Assembly: GCA_963764595.1 (NCBI GenBank)
Contig: CAVXTG010000006.1
Location: 71,168 to 135,167 of the forward strand
DNA: 64,000 bases
Source of the DNA: an uncultured Actinomycetes bacterium
GTDB lineage: Bacteria; Actinomycetota; Thermoleophilia; Gaiellales; Gaiellaceae
Direction of reading: 5' to 3'
The notes below the pieces were generated by a model, which ran no database searches, was not told the DNA's origin, and saw only the letters and a list, made by a program, of their open reading frames with translations. Below are positions 1 to 10,792 of the stretch, piece after piece. Within the stretch, counting starts at the first letter, position 1. Each line of letters starts with the position of its first letter. Position numbers and translations under genes: made by a program.

Positions 1-272
1 GCGCCCGCCTCGACAGCCTCGCGTGCGTGGCCGGGCGCCGCCTCCTCACGCCGGAAGACGTCGACGAGGTCGATCGGCTCGTCGATCTCGGCAAGCGAGC
101 TGACGCTGGTGATGCCGAGCACTGCCTCGCCGTCGGGCCGAACGGGGATCACACGGAAACCCTGTCCCAGGAGGTAGCGCATCACGCCGTGGCTCGGCCG
201 GTCGGGGCTCGGGGAGGCGCCGACCAGAGCGATCGTCTTCGTCTCGCGGAGGATCTGCTCGGGGCTCCTCAT
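1..272 (-). CDS. CoA-binding domain protein (N-terminal part; 3' end runs off the window)
   Basis: Not in the ORF track because it is open at the window edge. Reverse translation from the ATG (complement of 270-272) gives MRSPEQILRETKTIALVGASPSPDRPSHGVMRYLLGQGFRVIPVRPDGE..., a typical CoA-binding (YccU/YneT-like) N-terminus. Its ATG overlaps the TGA of the upstream MFS gene (ATGA). Confidence 0.7.
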   Translation of the reverse strand, partial: MRSPEQILRETKTIALVGASPSPDRPSHGVMRYLLGQGFRVIPVRPDGEAVLGITSVSSLAEIDEPIDLVDVFRREEAAPGHAREAVEAG

Positions 273-1501
273 GCGGCCTCGCGGACGCGTCGCAGCGCTA
301 GCGGCGCCGTCCAGAGCACGGCCGAGAGGCTGAACCCGGCGATCAGCAGGCTCGAGGGCGCGAACATGCCGGCCAGCAGCGCCGTCAGTGCATAGCCCAC
401 CGGGACGAGCGCGAACGACCCGAAGAAGTCGAGACTGCTGACGCGCGCCAACTTGTTCTCAGGAACGAACTGCATCATCAGCGTGTTCCAGACGCCGAGC
501 CCGAAGCCGATGCACATGCCCCGGAGCATGACGAAGGCGAGACCGGCCTCGAACGACGGAACGAGTGCCATCGCGACCACGAAGAGATCGTTGAGCCCGA
601 AGAGCAAGTACATGATCACGACGCGGCGCCGGTCTGGGTTCAGGTGCCCGAAGACCACACTCCCGATCGCCATCCCGAGTGACTGAACTGTGAACAGCGC
701 GCCGTAGGCGCCGACGCCTAGGCCGTACTGCTCCTCGACGAACGCCGGCAGCAGCGCCGTGTACGGGGCCATCGCGATCATCAGGATGAACGCCGCGAGG
801 AAGATGCTGATCCAGAGCCAGGGGACGCCGATCACGTAGCGGACGCCGTCCGCGATCTCGCGGAACGTCCCCTTCGGCGGTTCCGGCTCGATCGGTCGCG
901 GCCTGGCGGCGAGGAGCAGGGCGGCGGCGATCGCGAAGCTGACGCCGTTGAAGGCGAACACCGTTGCCGAGCCGGCCAGGCCGTAGAGCGCGGCGGCGAG
1001 CGCGGGGCCGGCGACGAACGCGGCCTGTCGCGAGAGCCCGATCAGGGCATTGGCGGAGGCGATGTGGTGCTGGTCGACGACGAGCGGGACGATCCCGCCG
1101 AAGGCCGGATAGAAGAAGCCGTCGCCGAGCCCGTAGCAGACCGCGAGCGCGACCAGCAGCCCGATGTTGAGGCCGCCGGCAAAGTCGATCGCGGCGAGCA
1201 CGACCATCACGGTGAGGCGCGCGAGGTCGGAGATGATCATCAGCGTCCGGCGGGGGTAGCGGTCGGCGAGCGCGCCGCCGATGAGCAGCGTCGTCAGCAT
1301 CGCGGCGCCGTGGGCCATCAACACGAGCGCGAGCGTCGAGCGCGACCCGGTCAGCGAGAACGACTTCCAGCCCAACGCGACGAGGAAGGCGCCGTCGCCG
1401 ACGAGCGAGATCGTCTGGCCGGCCCACAGCAGGCGGAAATCGCGGCTGCGCAGGGCTTGGAGGGCGCGAGCGCGCCCTGTCGGCTGAGCGACCGCCTCCA
1501 T
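269..1501 (-). CDS. MFS transporter
   Basis: 410-aa ORF with about 12 hydrophobic segments. The N-terminus RSRDFRLLWAGQTISLVGDGAFLVALGW is typical of the EntS/DHA3-like MFS family. GC3-rich codons. Confidence 0.85.
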   Translation of the reverse strand: MEAVAQPTGRARALQALRSRDFRLLWAGQTISLVGDGAFLVALGWKSFSLTGSRSTLALVLMAHGAAMLTTLLIGGALADRYPRRTLMIISDLARLTVMVVLAAIDFAGGLNIGLLVALAVCYGLGDGFFYPAFGGIVPLVVDQHHIASANALIGLSRQAAFVAGPALAAALYGLAGSATVFAFNGVSFAIAAALLLAARPRPIEPEPPKGTFREIADGVRYVIGVPWLWISIFLAAFILMIAMAPYTALLPAFVEEQYGLGVGAYGALFTVQSLGMAIGSVVFGHLNPDRRRVVIMYLLFGLNDLFVVAMALVPSFEAGLAFVMLRGMCIGFGLGVWNTLMMQFVPENKLARVSSLDFFGSFALVPVGYALTALLAGMFAPSSLLIAGFSLSAVLWTAPLALRRVREAA

Positions 1502-1524
1502 CGGCGGAGCTATCCTGCCAGCCG

Positions 1525-2364
1525 ATGTCCGGCACGCTGCGCGTCGCCTGCGTCCAGCTCACGAGCCGGTCCGACAAGGCGGCGAATCTCGAGAAGGCAG
1601 AGCGGCTCGTCGCCAGAGCGGCGGCGACGGGAGCCGACGTCGTGCTCCTGCCGGAGAAGTGGAACGCGATCGGGGACGCGGAGGTGCTGCATGGCGCGGC
1701 GGAGGCGCTCGAGGGAGGCGAGTCCGTCGAGGCGATGTCCCGGTGGGCCCGTGACCACGGGATCACACTCGTAGGCGGCTCGATCACCGAGCGCCGCGAC
1801 GGGCGCGACAAGCTCTCCAACACGAGCGTCGTCTTCGACTCCGACGGTTCGATCGCGGCCGTCTACCGGAAAATCCACATGTTCGACGTCGAGGTCGGCG
1901 GCCACGTGTATCGCGAGTCGGACGCCGAGGAGCCCGGGGACGAGCCGGTCGTCGTCGAGGTCGAGGACTGGACCACGGGCCTGACCGTCTGTTACGACGT
2001 CCGCTTCCCGGAGCTCTATCGGATCCTCGCGCTCCAGGGCGCGGAGCTCGTGACCGTTCCGGCGCACTTCACGCTCTACACCGGGAAGGATCATTGGGAG
2101 CTGCTGCTCAGGGCGCGGGCGGTCGAGAACCAGTACTACGTCGCGGCGGCGGCGCAGATCGGCGAGACGCTGCCCGGCCGGCTGAGCTACGGCCGCTCGC
2201 TGATCGCGGACCCGTGGGGGATCGTGGTCGCGACGGCACCGGACGAGGAGACGGTGATCGCCGCCGAGCTCGACCGCCGGCGGCTCGAGGAGGTGCGCGC
2301 GAAGCTTCCCTCACTCGCCAGCAGGCAGGCAGACGCCTACCGCTGGCCAACTCCTACCTCGTAG
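1525..2364 (+). CDS. Carbon-nitrogen hydrolase family protein (nitrilase/omega-amidase-like)
   Basis: 279 aa. Contains LRVACVQL...VVLLPEKWN...CYDVRFPELYR, the Glu-Lys-Cys catalytic context of the CN-hydrolase fold. Confidence 0.85.
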   Translation: MSGTLRVACVQLTSRSDKAANLEKAERLVARAAATGADVVLLPEKWNAIGDAEVLHGAAEALEGGESVEAMSRWARDHGITLVGGSITERRDGRDKLSNTSVVFDSDGSIAAVYRKIHMFDVEVGGHVYRESDAEEPGDEPVVVEVEDWTTGLTVCYDVRFPELYRILALQGAELVTVPAHFTLYTGKDHWELLLRARAVENQYYVAAAAQIGETLPGRLSYGRSLIADPWGIVVATAPDEETVIAAELDRRRLEEVRAKLPSLASRQADAYRWPTPTS

Positions 2365-2369
2365 GACCG

Positions 2370-3077
2370 ATGGACATCCAGGCAGTCCTCTTCGACCTCG
2401 ACTTCACGCTGGCGAAGCCCGGTCCCGACCTGGGCCCGGAGGGCTACCAGCGGCTCGGCCGGCGCTTCGGGCTCGAGCTCGATCCGAAGCGCTACAAGGA
2501 GGCGCGAGCGAAGGCCGTCGAGGGGCTCCGGCGCCATCCGGACTTCCGCCACGACGAGGAGATCTGGATCGCTTTCACCGAGCGGATCATTCGCGGGATG
2601 GGCGGGAACTCGGACCGAGCGTACGAGGCCGCGGTCGAGATGACGCGCGCCTGGGAGCACGCGCACAACTTCGACCTGTTCGACGACGCGATGCCGGTGC
2701 TCGCTGAGCTGCGCCGCCAGGGTCTCAAGCTCGGGCTCGTCTCGAACACCGGCCGCGACGTGGACGAGTTTCTCGCGCACCACAGCCTCGAGGTGGATGC
2801 GGCGCTCTCCTCGCGCGTGCACGGGAAGGTCAAGCCGCATCCGACGATCTTCCTGGCGGTGCTCGAGCGGCTCGGCGTCGAGCCCGCGGCGGCGGCGATG
2901 GTCGGCGACTCGCCGGAGGACGACCTCGAGGGAGCCCGCGCCTTGGGCATGCGCGCGTTCCTCGTCGACCGCGAGGGCCTCCATCCGGATGCGGAGGACC
3001 GCCTGCCGGACCTGTTCGCGCTGCCGGCGGCCCTCGGCCTGGCTACGAGCAGCGATCGGAGTTCGGGCACGTCCTGA
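2370..3077 (+). CDS. HAD-family hydrolase (subfamily IA-like)
   Basis: Internal ATG at 2370 of track ORF 2094-3077. MDIQAVLFDLDFTL carries the DxD motif; LVSNT and MVGDSPEDDLEGA are HAD motifs II-IV. Confidence 0.8.
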   Translation: MDIQAVLFDLDFTLAKPGPDLGPEGYQRLGRRFGLELDPKRYKEARAKAVEGLRRHPDFRHDEEIWIAFTERIIRGMGGNSDRAYEAAVEMTRAWEHAHNFDLFDDAMPVLAELRRQGLKLGLVSNTGRDVDEFLAHHSLEVDAALSSRVHGKVKPHPTIFLAVLERLGVEPAAAAMVGDSPEDDLEGARALGMRAFLVDREGLHPDAEDRLPDLFALPAALGLATSSDRSSGTS

Positions 3078-4632
3078 GCACGCGGACGGACGGCGGCCGA
3101 GAGCGGCCGTTCGGCCAGCGGATCCTGATCCGCAGCGAGGACGCATTGTTCTCGTAGCGGAGCTCTCGGAACAGGAATCGTCGGTTTGCGCGGTGGATGA
3201 GGACGTAGGTCCCGGCCCGGACTCCGGTCAGGTCGAGGTTCTGGCCGTGAAAGTGGCTCGGGTACCGGTCGGTGTAGCCGACGGACGTGCCCTGGTGGAC
3301 CGACATCGCCTCGGGCCTGCCCTGCTCGCAGTACCCGTTGAAGACCGGCCCGCGCGGCTCGTTGAAGAAGCTTCCCGGGGCGTCGGCGTAGTGGTCGGCG
3401 AGGCAGAAGCCGCTCTTACGGTCGCGGAGGCGGGATCGCAGGTTCGCCGCTCGTCGTAGTTCGTACCGTTGAAAGCCCATCACGTGCCAGTGCGAGTGCG
3501 TCGGTGAGTAGACGTAGCGGAGGAGACCGACGCGCGGGAAGGTCTGCCGACGCCCGCCGGCCGCGAGCCTGACCACCTGCGAGGCGCGCATGAACGGGAC
3601 CCTGCGGCTCGAGCGCCTCGCCGTGATCACCACCGGGCCGAGCCCGATGTTGTCGGTCGCCGAGTCGAAGCCGAGCAGGAAGTGGCGGCGACCGCCACGG
3701 ACAACCGTCCTGATCGAGAGGTCGGTCGGCGGGCGCTGCTCGAAGTCGGGAAGGAGCTGGACGACCCGCGGCTCCGGGCGGGCCGTTGCCGAGGTTGCGA
3801 ACGGAGTGGAGACGCGCACGACCGCGGACCCGGCTGCCGGCCCGGCGGCCGGCGTCCGCCAGAGGAGCTCGACGCCGCTCCGGTTGCTCGTGAAGAGAAC
3901 GTCGCGCCCGTTGGCGGTGAAGGCCGGCGCTCCGTCCACCGCCGGGTCGGCGGTCAGCGGGGTGACCGCTCCCGAGCCGAGGTCGAGAACGTAGATGTCG
4001 AGCGCTCCCGTCTCGTCGGAGACGTAGGCCAGTCGCCGCCCGTCTGGTGCCCACGCGGGAGCTGTCTGCGCACCCGGGGCCGACGTCAGTTGTCTGGCGC
4101 GGCCTCCCCTCGTCGAGATGACATAGAGGTTGTCACCGTCCGTGAACGCGATCCGGCGTCCTCCGGGCGACCAGGCCGGATCCAAGCCGGCCCCAAGGCG
4201 ACGCCCCCCGCCGCCGTCCGCGCGAACGATGACCAGCCGTCCGCCGCGCGAGACGACCAGGTGCCGTCCGTCCGGGGACCAGCTCGGCGACGCTTCGGCG
4301 ATCCGGTCCGAGCGCGTGATCCGGCCGCGGTGCGTGCCGTCGGCATCCGCGACGAAGACGTCACCGGCACCGCCGGCGCCCGGTGCGACGTACGCCAGCC
4401 TGCGTCCGTCCGGCGACCAGGCCGGGTCGATCGCCCTCCGCTTGAAGCGGAGCACTCGTCGCCGGCCGGCCAGGTAGATGCCGCCTCCCGCGGCCTCGGA
4501 GCGGGCGAACGCGAGCGTCGCCCAGGCCGCCGGCTTGGGCGCCGAGGCCGTGCCCGCGTTGGAGAGGGTTGCGGCGACCAAGCCCGTCGCGACGAGCGTC
4601 AGCGCCCCGAGGCCGATCGCCGTGCGCCTCAC
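3043..4632 (-). CDS. Secreted PD40 (TolB-like) beta-propeller fused to a lysyl-oxidase-like catalytic domain
   Basis: 529 aa with an N-terminal signal-like segment (MRRTAIGLGALTLVATGLVAATL). It has repeated WSPDGRRLAY / WSPDGRHLV / WSPGGRRIAF / WAPDGRRLAY PD40 motifs. The C-terminal 200 aa align motif-for-motif with animal LOX: THSHWH (Cu His triad), DRKSGFCLAD (LTQ Lys context), GYTDRYPSHFHGQNLDLTGVRAGTYVL (LTQ Tyr context). Confidence 0.8.
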   Translation of the reverse strand: MRRTAIGLGALTLVATGLVAATLSNAGTASAPKPAAWATLAFARSEAAGGGIYLAGRRRVLRFKRRAIDPAWSPDGRRLAYVAPGAGGAGDVFVADADGTHRGRITRSDRIAEASPSWSPDGRHLVVSRGGRLVIVRADGGGGRRLGAGLDPAWSPGGRRIAFTDGDNLYVISTRGGRARQLTSAPGAQTAPAWAPDGRRLAYVSDETGALDIYVLDLGSGAVTPLTADPAVDGAPAFTANGRDVLFTSNRSGVELLWRTPAAGPAAGSAVVRVSTPFATSATARPEPRVVQLLPDFEQRPPTDLSIRTVVRGGRRHFLLGFDSATDNIGLGPVVITARRSSRRVPFMRASQVVRLAAGGRRQTFPRVGLLRYVYSPTHSHWHVMGFQRYELRRAANLRSRLRDRKSGFCLADHYADAPGSFFNEPRGPVFNGYCEQGRPEAMSVHQGTSVGYTDRYPSHFHGQNLDLTGVRAGTYVLIHRANRRFLFRELRYENNASSLRIRIRWPNGRSRPPSVRVLRTCPNSDRCS

Positions 4633-5522
4633 CCGAACTCCGCGGCGGCCTCGGTCAGGGTGGCAACGGGGCCGACGGCGACATCCTCGCCGTCGAAGAG
4701 CTCGAGCCAGTCGGCGAGCGGCCGCGTGCGGAAGGTCTCCGCCAGCGCGTCGGCGAGCTCGGCCTGCGCGGCCGGATCGAACTGGCGTTGCGCGAGCTCG
4801 GGTCGACCGAGCAGCTCGCAGAGCCGCCGAAAGAACTTCTCCTCGAGCGCCGCAACGGTCAGGTGCCGCCCGTCGGCCGTCTCGTAGATCGCGTAGGAGG
4901 CGAGACCGCCCGTCAGGAGGCGCGGAATGGGGTCACCGCCGAGGCGGTGAGCAACGAAGTGGTGCGCGCCGTGCGTCATCGACACGACGACGTGCGCGCC
5001 TCGGCCGGACCTCTCTCGCTCGAGCAGAGCCGCAAGTATCCGGTTGACGGCGGTCAGCGAGCCCGCTGCGAGGTCGGCGATCTGCGTCGGCGGCAGCGCC
5101 GGCGCCGTGTCGGCGAGCACGCCCGCCCAGCCGAGGTAGTTGAGGTCGTGGCCGGCCCGCTGCTCATGCCTGCCGCCGAGGCCGAAGCCCGTGATCGAGC
5201 AGTAGACGACCCGCTCCGGGAGATCGTCTGGTCCCACACCTAGGCGCTTCGCGACGCCGGGGCGGAAGCCTTCGATGACGACGTCGGCCTCGGCGCAGAG
5301 CGCGCGGCCGGCCTCCGGGTCGCTCTTGAGATCGATCGTGACCGATTCCTTGCCTTCGTTGAGCGCCTCGTGCCACGCGGGCGCAACCTGCCGCATCGGG
5401 TCTCCGCCTGGCGGCTCGACACAGACGACGCGGGCACCGAGCTGCAGCAGCTCGCGACTTGCGAACGGCCCCGGCAGGTAGCGGGTGAGGTCGACGACGA
5501 GGATCCCCTCCAGCGCGCGCAC
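4629..5522 (-). CDS. CoA-transferase family III (CaiB/BaiF-like) protein
   Basis: 297 aa. Contains LEGILVVDLTRYLPGPFASRELLQLGARVVCVEPPGGDPMR and ADVVIEGFRPGVAKRLG, typical of family III CoA transferases and racemases. Shorter than most family members. Confidence 0.8.
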   Translation of the reverse strand: MRALEGILVVDLTRYLPGPFASRELLQLGARVVCVEPPGGDPMRQVAPAWHEALNEGKESVTIDLKSDPEAGRALCAEADVVIEGFRPGVAKRLGVGPDDLPERVVYCSITGFGLGGRHEQRAGHDLNYLGWAGVLADTAPALPPTQIADLAAGSLTAVNRILAALLERERSGRGAHVVVSMTHGAHHFVAHRLGGDPIPRLLTGGLASYAIYETADGRHLTVAALEEKFFRRLCELLGRPELAQRQFDPAAQAELADALAETFRTRPLADWLELFDGEDVAVGPVATLTEAAAEFG

Positions 5523-5599
5523 CGGGAGGCGGAAGGTATCAATGGGGGCAGCCGTTTCTGCTCATGACAAGATCTAGCCTCGGATACGAAAGGAGAGGC

Positions 5600-6452
5600 A
5601 TGGCTGCGGACGGATATGCGAAGGAAGTGCTGGTCACGACCGACTGGCTCGCGGAGCACCTGGACGACGATGGAGTCGTCGTCGCGGAGGTCGACGAGGA
5701 GCCGGATCTCTACGAGGAGGGACACATTCCGGGCGCCGTGAAGCTCCACTGGCGCGAAGACCTCGAGGATCCAGTCGAGCGCGACCTGATCGAGAAAGGG
5801 CCGTTCGAGCAGCTCGATGGGGCGGCTGGGGATCGGCAACGACACGACGCTCGTCCTCTACGGCGACAAGAACAACTGGTTCGCGGCGTACGCGTACTGG
5901 TACGTGAAGATCTACGGACACACGGACGTCCGCATCGTCGACGGCGGCCGGCAGAAGTGGATCGACGAGGGCCGCGAGCAGACGACCGAGGTTCCGTCGC
6001 CGACGCCTGCGAGCTACACGGCCAGCGAGCGCGACCAGTCGATTCGCGCATACCGGGATCAGGTGAGGGAGTGGCTCGGCGCCGATGGCCGGGCTCTCGT
6101 GGACGTTAGGAGCCCGGGCGAGTTCTCAGGCGAGCTGCTGGCGCCGCCCGGCTACGAGCAGGAGGGCGCGCGACGCGGCGGCCATATCCCGACCGCGCAG
6201 TCGATCCCCTGGGCGACGGCGGTGCAGGACGACGGGACGTTCAAGACCGCCGATGACCTGAAGGCGATCTACTCCCAGCAGGGCGTGACGCCGGACAAGG
6301 AGGTCACCGCGTACTGCCGGATCGGCGAGCGCAGCGCGCACACGTGGTTCGTCCTCCGCGAGCTACTCGGCTACGAGCAGGTCCGGAACTACGACGGCTC
6401 GTGGACGGAGTGGGGGAACCTGGTCGACGTTCCGATCGAGCGAGGCTCTTAG
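5600..6452 (+). CDS. Thiosulfate/3-mercaptopyruvate sulfurtransferase (tandem rhodanese), interrupted by a +1 frameshift near 5816-5822
   Basis: The ATG at 5600 is preceded by AGGAGAGG. The N-terminal part (track ORF 5564 frame) reads ...[24 protein letters not shown]. The C-terminal part (track ORF 5817-6452) continues [27 protein letters not shown]...[12 protein letters not shown] (active-site Cys loop). Removing one G from the GGGG run at 5819-5822 restores a single 284-aa ORF. Confidence 0.85.
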
Positions 6453-6459
6453 GGATTCG

Positions 6460-7698
6460 TCAGCTCGTGACTGGGGCCCGCTCGGCGGCGGCGACCGCCA
6501 GGGCGGGTCCCCACGACGCGATCGGCGACATCTCCCCGTCGCGGCCGTTCAGCCGGCGGAGGCCGAGCGCATGCTCGGCCTGCATCATCTTGTGGATCTG
6601 CGTCGTGCCCTCGTAGATGATCGGCGCGCGCGCGTTCCGGAAGTACCGCTCGATCCCGTACTCCGCCGAGTAGCCGTAGGCGCCGTGCACCTGGATCGCG
6701 AGGTGTGCCGCGCGGAACGCCGATTCCGTCGCGTGCCACTTCGCGAGGGACGTCTCCCGCGTGTTCCGCTTGCCCTCGTCCTTCATCCACGCGGCCTGCA
6801 TGACCAGGAGCTTCGAGGTCTCGTAGCCGAGCACCATCTCCGCGATCATGTCCTGGACGAACTGGTACTTGCCGATCGGCTGACCGAACGTCTGGCGCTC
6901 GCGCGCGTACTCGACTGAACGCTCGAGACAGGCGCGGACGACCCCGCAGGCGCCCGCGGCCACGGTGAACCGGCCCTGGTCGAGGCCGTACATGGCGATC
7001 TCGAAGCCCTGACCCTCCTCGCCGACGAGGTTCTCGGCCGGCACCTCGACGTTCTCGAAGAACAACTCGCCGGTCGAGCCGGCCCAGATCCCCAGCTTGT
7101 GCTCGGTCTCGCGCGTCGAGACGCCGGGCCACTCCCGTTCGACGACGAACGCCGAGATGCCCTTGTGCCTCGCGGACGGATCCGTCTTGGCGAAGACGAG
7201 CTGGTGATCGGCGACGGTCGCGTACGAGATCCAGTTCTTCTGGCCGTTCAGGACGTAGACGTCTCCCTGGCGCGTCGCCGTCGTCCGCATCGCCGCCACG
7301 TCCGAGCCCGCCGCGGGCTCGGTCAGCCCGAAGCAGGCGAGCTTCTCGCCGCGCGCCTGCGGCACCAGGTACCGCTGCTTCTGCTCCTCGGTCGCGTACC
7401 GAAGCAGGGAGAGGGAGTTGAGCCCGACGTGGACGGAGATCAGCGTCCTGAACGCGGCCTCGCCGCGCTCGATTTCTTCGCAGGTCAGAGCTTCGGAGAC
7501 GAAATCCAGCCCGGCACCGCCGTACTCCTCCGGAACGACGATCCCGAGCAGGCCCAGCTCGGCCATCCCCTCGATCACCGACAGGTCGAGGCGGTGGGCG
7601 ATGTCGTTCTCGACGGCGTTCGGGAGGACGCGCTCGTCGACGAAGGCGCGAACCGTGTCCTGGATCAGCCGCTGCTCATCGGTGAGCTCGAAGTCCAT
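6460..7698 (-). CDS. Acyl-CoA dehydrogenase
   Basis: 412 aa. Contains MDFELTDEQRLIQDTVRAFV..., GLTEPAAGSD, YEGTTQIH; canonical ACAD N-, middle and C-domain motifs. Confidence 0.88.
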   Translation of the reverse strand: MDFELTDEQRLIQDTVRAFVDERVLPNAVENDIAHRLDLSVIEGMAELGLLGIVVPEEYGGAGLDFVSEALTCEEIERGEAAFRTLISVHVGLNSLSLLRYATEEQKQRYLVPQARGEKLACFGLTEPAAGSDVAAMRTTATRQGDVYVLNGQKNWISYATVADHQLVFAKTDPSARHKGISAFVVEREWPGVSTRETEHKLGIWAGSTGELFFENVEVPAENLVGEEGQGFEIAMYGLDQGRFTVAAGACGVVRACLERSVEYARERQTFGQPIGKYQFVQDMIAEMVLGYETSKLLVMQAAWMKDEGKRNTRETSLAKWHATESAFRAAHLAIQVHGAYGYSAEYGIERYFRNARAPIIYEGTTQIHKMMQAEHALGLRRLNGRDGEMSPIASWGPALAVAAAERAPVTS

Positions 7699-7768
7699 GC
7701 CGCCGCGCAGTGTATTGGCGGCCGCACCGGCAAAGCCGGTGCGGCCTCACTGTCCGGTTAAACCGCGG

Positions 7769-8677
7769 TCAGCGGAGTTGCTTCGCGGGCTTGGTGCTGC
7801 GATACACCTTGCTGAACCTGTAGCCACGTCGATCGAGCCTCAGCGCTTCCTCGCGTACTTCCTCGAGGTCGCTGCCGCTGAGCTGCTCGATCGCGACGAG
7901 CTCCAGCGTCTCGCCGTCCGGCGGGTCGACGCTGCCGACCCGAACGATCCCCCGCCGAGGGGCGTGGTACTTGCTCTGGATGCCGCCCTCGGGATCGAGC
8001 AGGTTCGTCTCGTGCGTGATCAGCACTTGGTCGAAGCAGCCCGCCGGAACGCAGGTCTGCTCGAACTTGTCCGCGATCCGCCCGCAGTCGAGGAAGTCGA
8101 TCTCGGGCGCGAATCCCTGGACGTACATGCGGGAGCTGACTCCCCGGAGCGCGCGCATGTGGATTCCCGCCTTCGCGCCTGCCTTCCCGGTGATCCACGT
8201 GCTCGGTGCGCCGATGAACTCACCGTTCTCGAACTCTTCGGGGTACTCGCCGAGGTTCCAGACATTCCCGGCAGCGTCCTGGGCGAAGAAGGCAAGCTCC
8301 GACTCCACGAGCTCGTCCTCGCTCGTGTCCGTATCCCAGATGACCAGGGTGTTGACGTCGTCGATCTCCTTCGACAGGTCGGTGACCGTGAACTCGACGC
8401 GATGGGGAACGCCCTCGACGTTGCCCTCCAGGATCATCCGCGTTCCGGGCTTCATTGGCAGGAACCGGTTGTTGATCAGAGGCCGCCGGGGAAAGGCGTC
8501 GTCGTCGAAGCGTGTCAGGTGGCGGCAGTTGCTGGCTTCCGCGGTCGAGCCGACGGCTGCCGGCGACGCGTTGGCGTGATCTGCGCTCAATGCCGCGGCG
8601 ACGGCAGTGGCGAAGAGCACAAGGAGCGCCGCAAGAGGCCAAAGAATCGCGAACCTGATCTGAACCTGATTGGTCAT
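7769..8677 (-). CDS. Secreted hypothetical protein
   Basis: Start moved to the internal ATG (complement of 8675-8677), which has a GGAGG 7 nt upstream. The signal peptide is MTNQVQIRFAILWPLAALLVLFATAVAAALSA. No family recognised. GC3-rich codons. Confidence 0.6.
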   Translation of the reverse strand: MTNQVQIRFAILWPLAALLVLFATAVAAALSADHANASPAAVGSTAEASNCRHLTRFDDDAFPRRPLINNRFLPMKPGTRMILEGNVEGVPHRVEFTVTDLSKEIDDVNTLVIWDTDTSEDELVESELAFFAQDAAGNVWNLGEYPEEFENGEFIGAPSTWITGKAGAKAGIHMRALRGVSSRMYVQGFAPEIDFLDCGRIADKFEQTCVPAGCFDQVLITHETNLLDPEGGIQSKYHAPRRGIVRVGSVDPPDGETLELVAIEQLSGSDLEEVREEALRLDRRGYRFSKVYRSTKPAKQLR

Positions 8678-8786
8678 CGAAACCTCCGTCCCCCCAGACG
8701 CTCGTTGTCCCTGTTTGCATATTCCGCAACTACGAGCTGACGAACCCTTCGGGGCCAAAGAGGGCGCTCACTAGACTTCGGCCGAG

Positions 8787-9961
<1,175 letters not shown>

Positions 9962-9965
<4 letters not shown>

Positions 9966-10792
9966 GCCTCGAGATCGACCTCAGCGGCCGCGTCGCCCTC
10001 GTCACGGGCGGATCGCGCGGCCTCGGCCGCGCCGACGCGCTGACGCTGGCGCGCGCAGGCGCCGACGTCGTCATCGCCGACATCCTCGTCGAGTCCGACG
10101 ACTCGGCTGCGGAGGAGTACGGGCCGCTCGCCCAGGCCGCCGCCTCGGGCGGGCTCGTGAAGACCGAGGCGACGGCGCGCGAGATCGAGGAGCTCGGTCG
10201 CCGGTCGCTCGCGCTCAAGTGCGACGTCACCGACGTGGCTCAGGTGGAGGCGACCGTCGCCCGCACTGTCGAGGAGCTCGGCTCGGTCGACATCCTGGTC
10301 AACAACGCGGGCACACTCGACCACGTGGGGCAGCTCGAGAACCAGCTGCCGGAGCTGTGGGAGCGCGACCTGCGCGTGAATCTGACCGGCGCCTTCAACT
10401 GCTCCCGCGCGGTCTGGCCGCACATGAAGGAGCGAGGCTGGGGCCGCATCGTGAACATGGCGTCCGTCGCCGGAACGCTCGGCGGCTTCGGCCAGGCGAG
10501 CTACGCGACGACGAAGGCCGGGCTCCTCGGCCTCACCAGATCACTCGCGCTCGAAGGCGCCCGGCACGGGATCACGGTCAACGCGATCGTCCCTGGCATC
10601 ATCGGCACCGAGGCCTTCCACTTCGGCAATCCCGAGATGAACGAGCGGATGATCAAGCGCACGGCGCTCAGGCGGCCCGGCGAGCCGCAGGACATCGCGA
10701 ACGCGATCGCCTTCCTCTGCTCGGACCTGGCGGGCTACGTCACGGGCGTCGGCCTGAACGTCTCCGGCGGGATCGAGCTGTTCACGTTTTGA
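9962..10792 (+). CDS. SDR-family oxidoreductase (3-oxoacyl-ACP reductase-like)
   Basis: The TTG at 9962 overlaps the stop of the upstream ACAD gene (TTGA). Motifs: VALVTGGSRGLG (TGxxxGxG), NNAG, and YATTK (YxxxK). The real part of track ORF 9143-10792 starts here. Confidence 0.85.
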
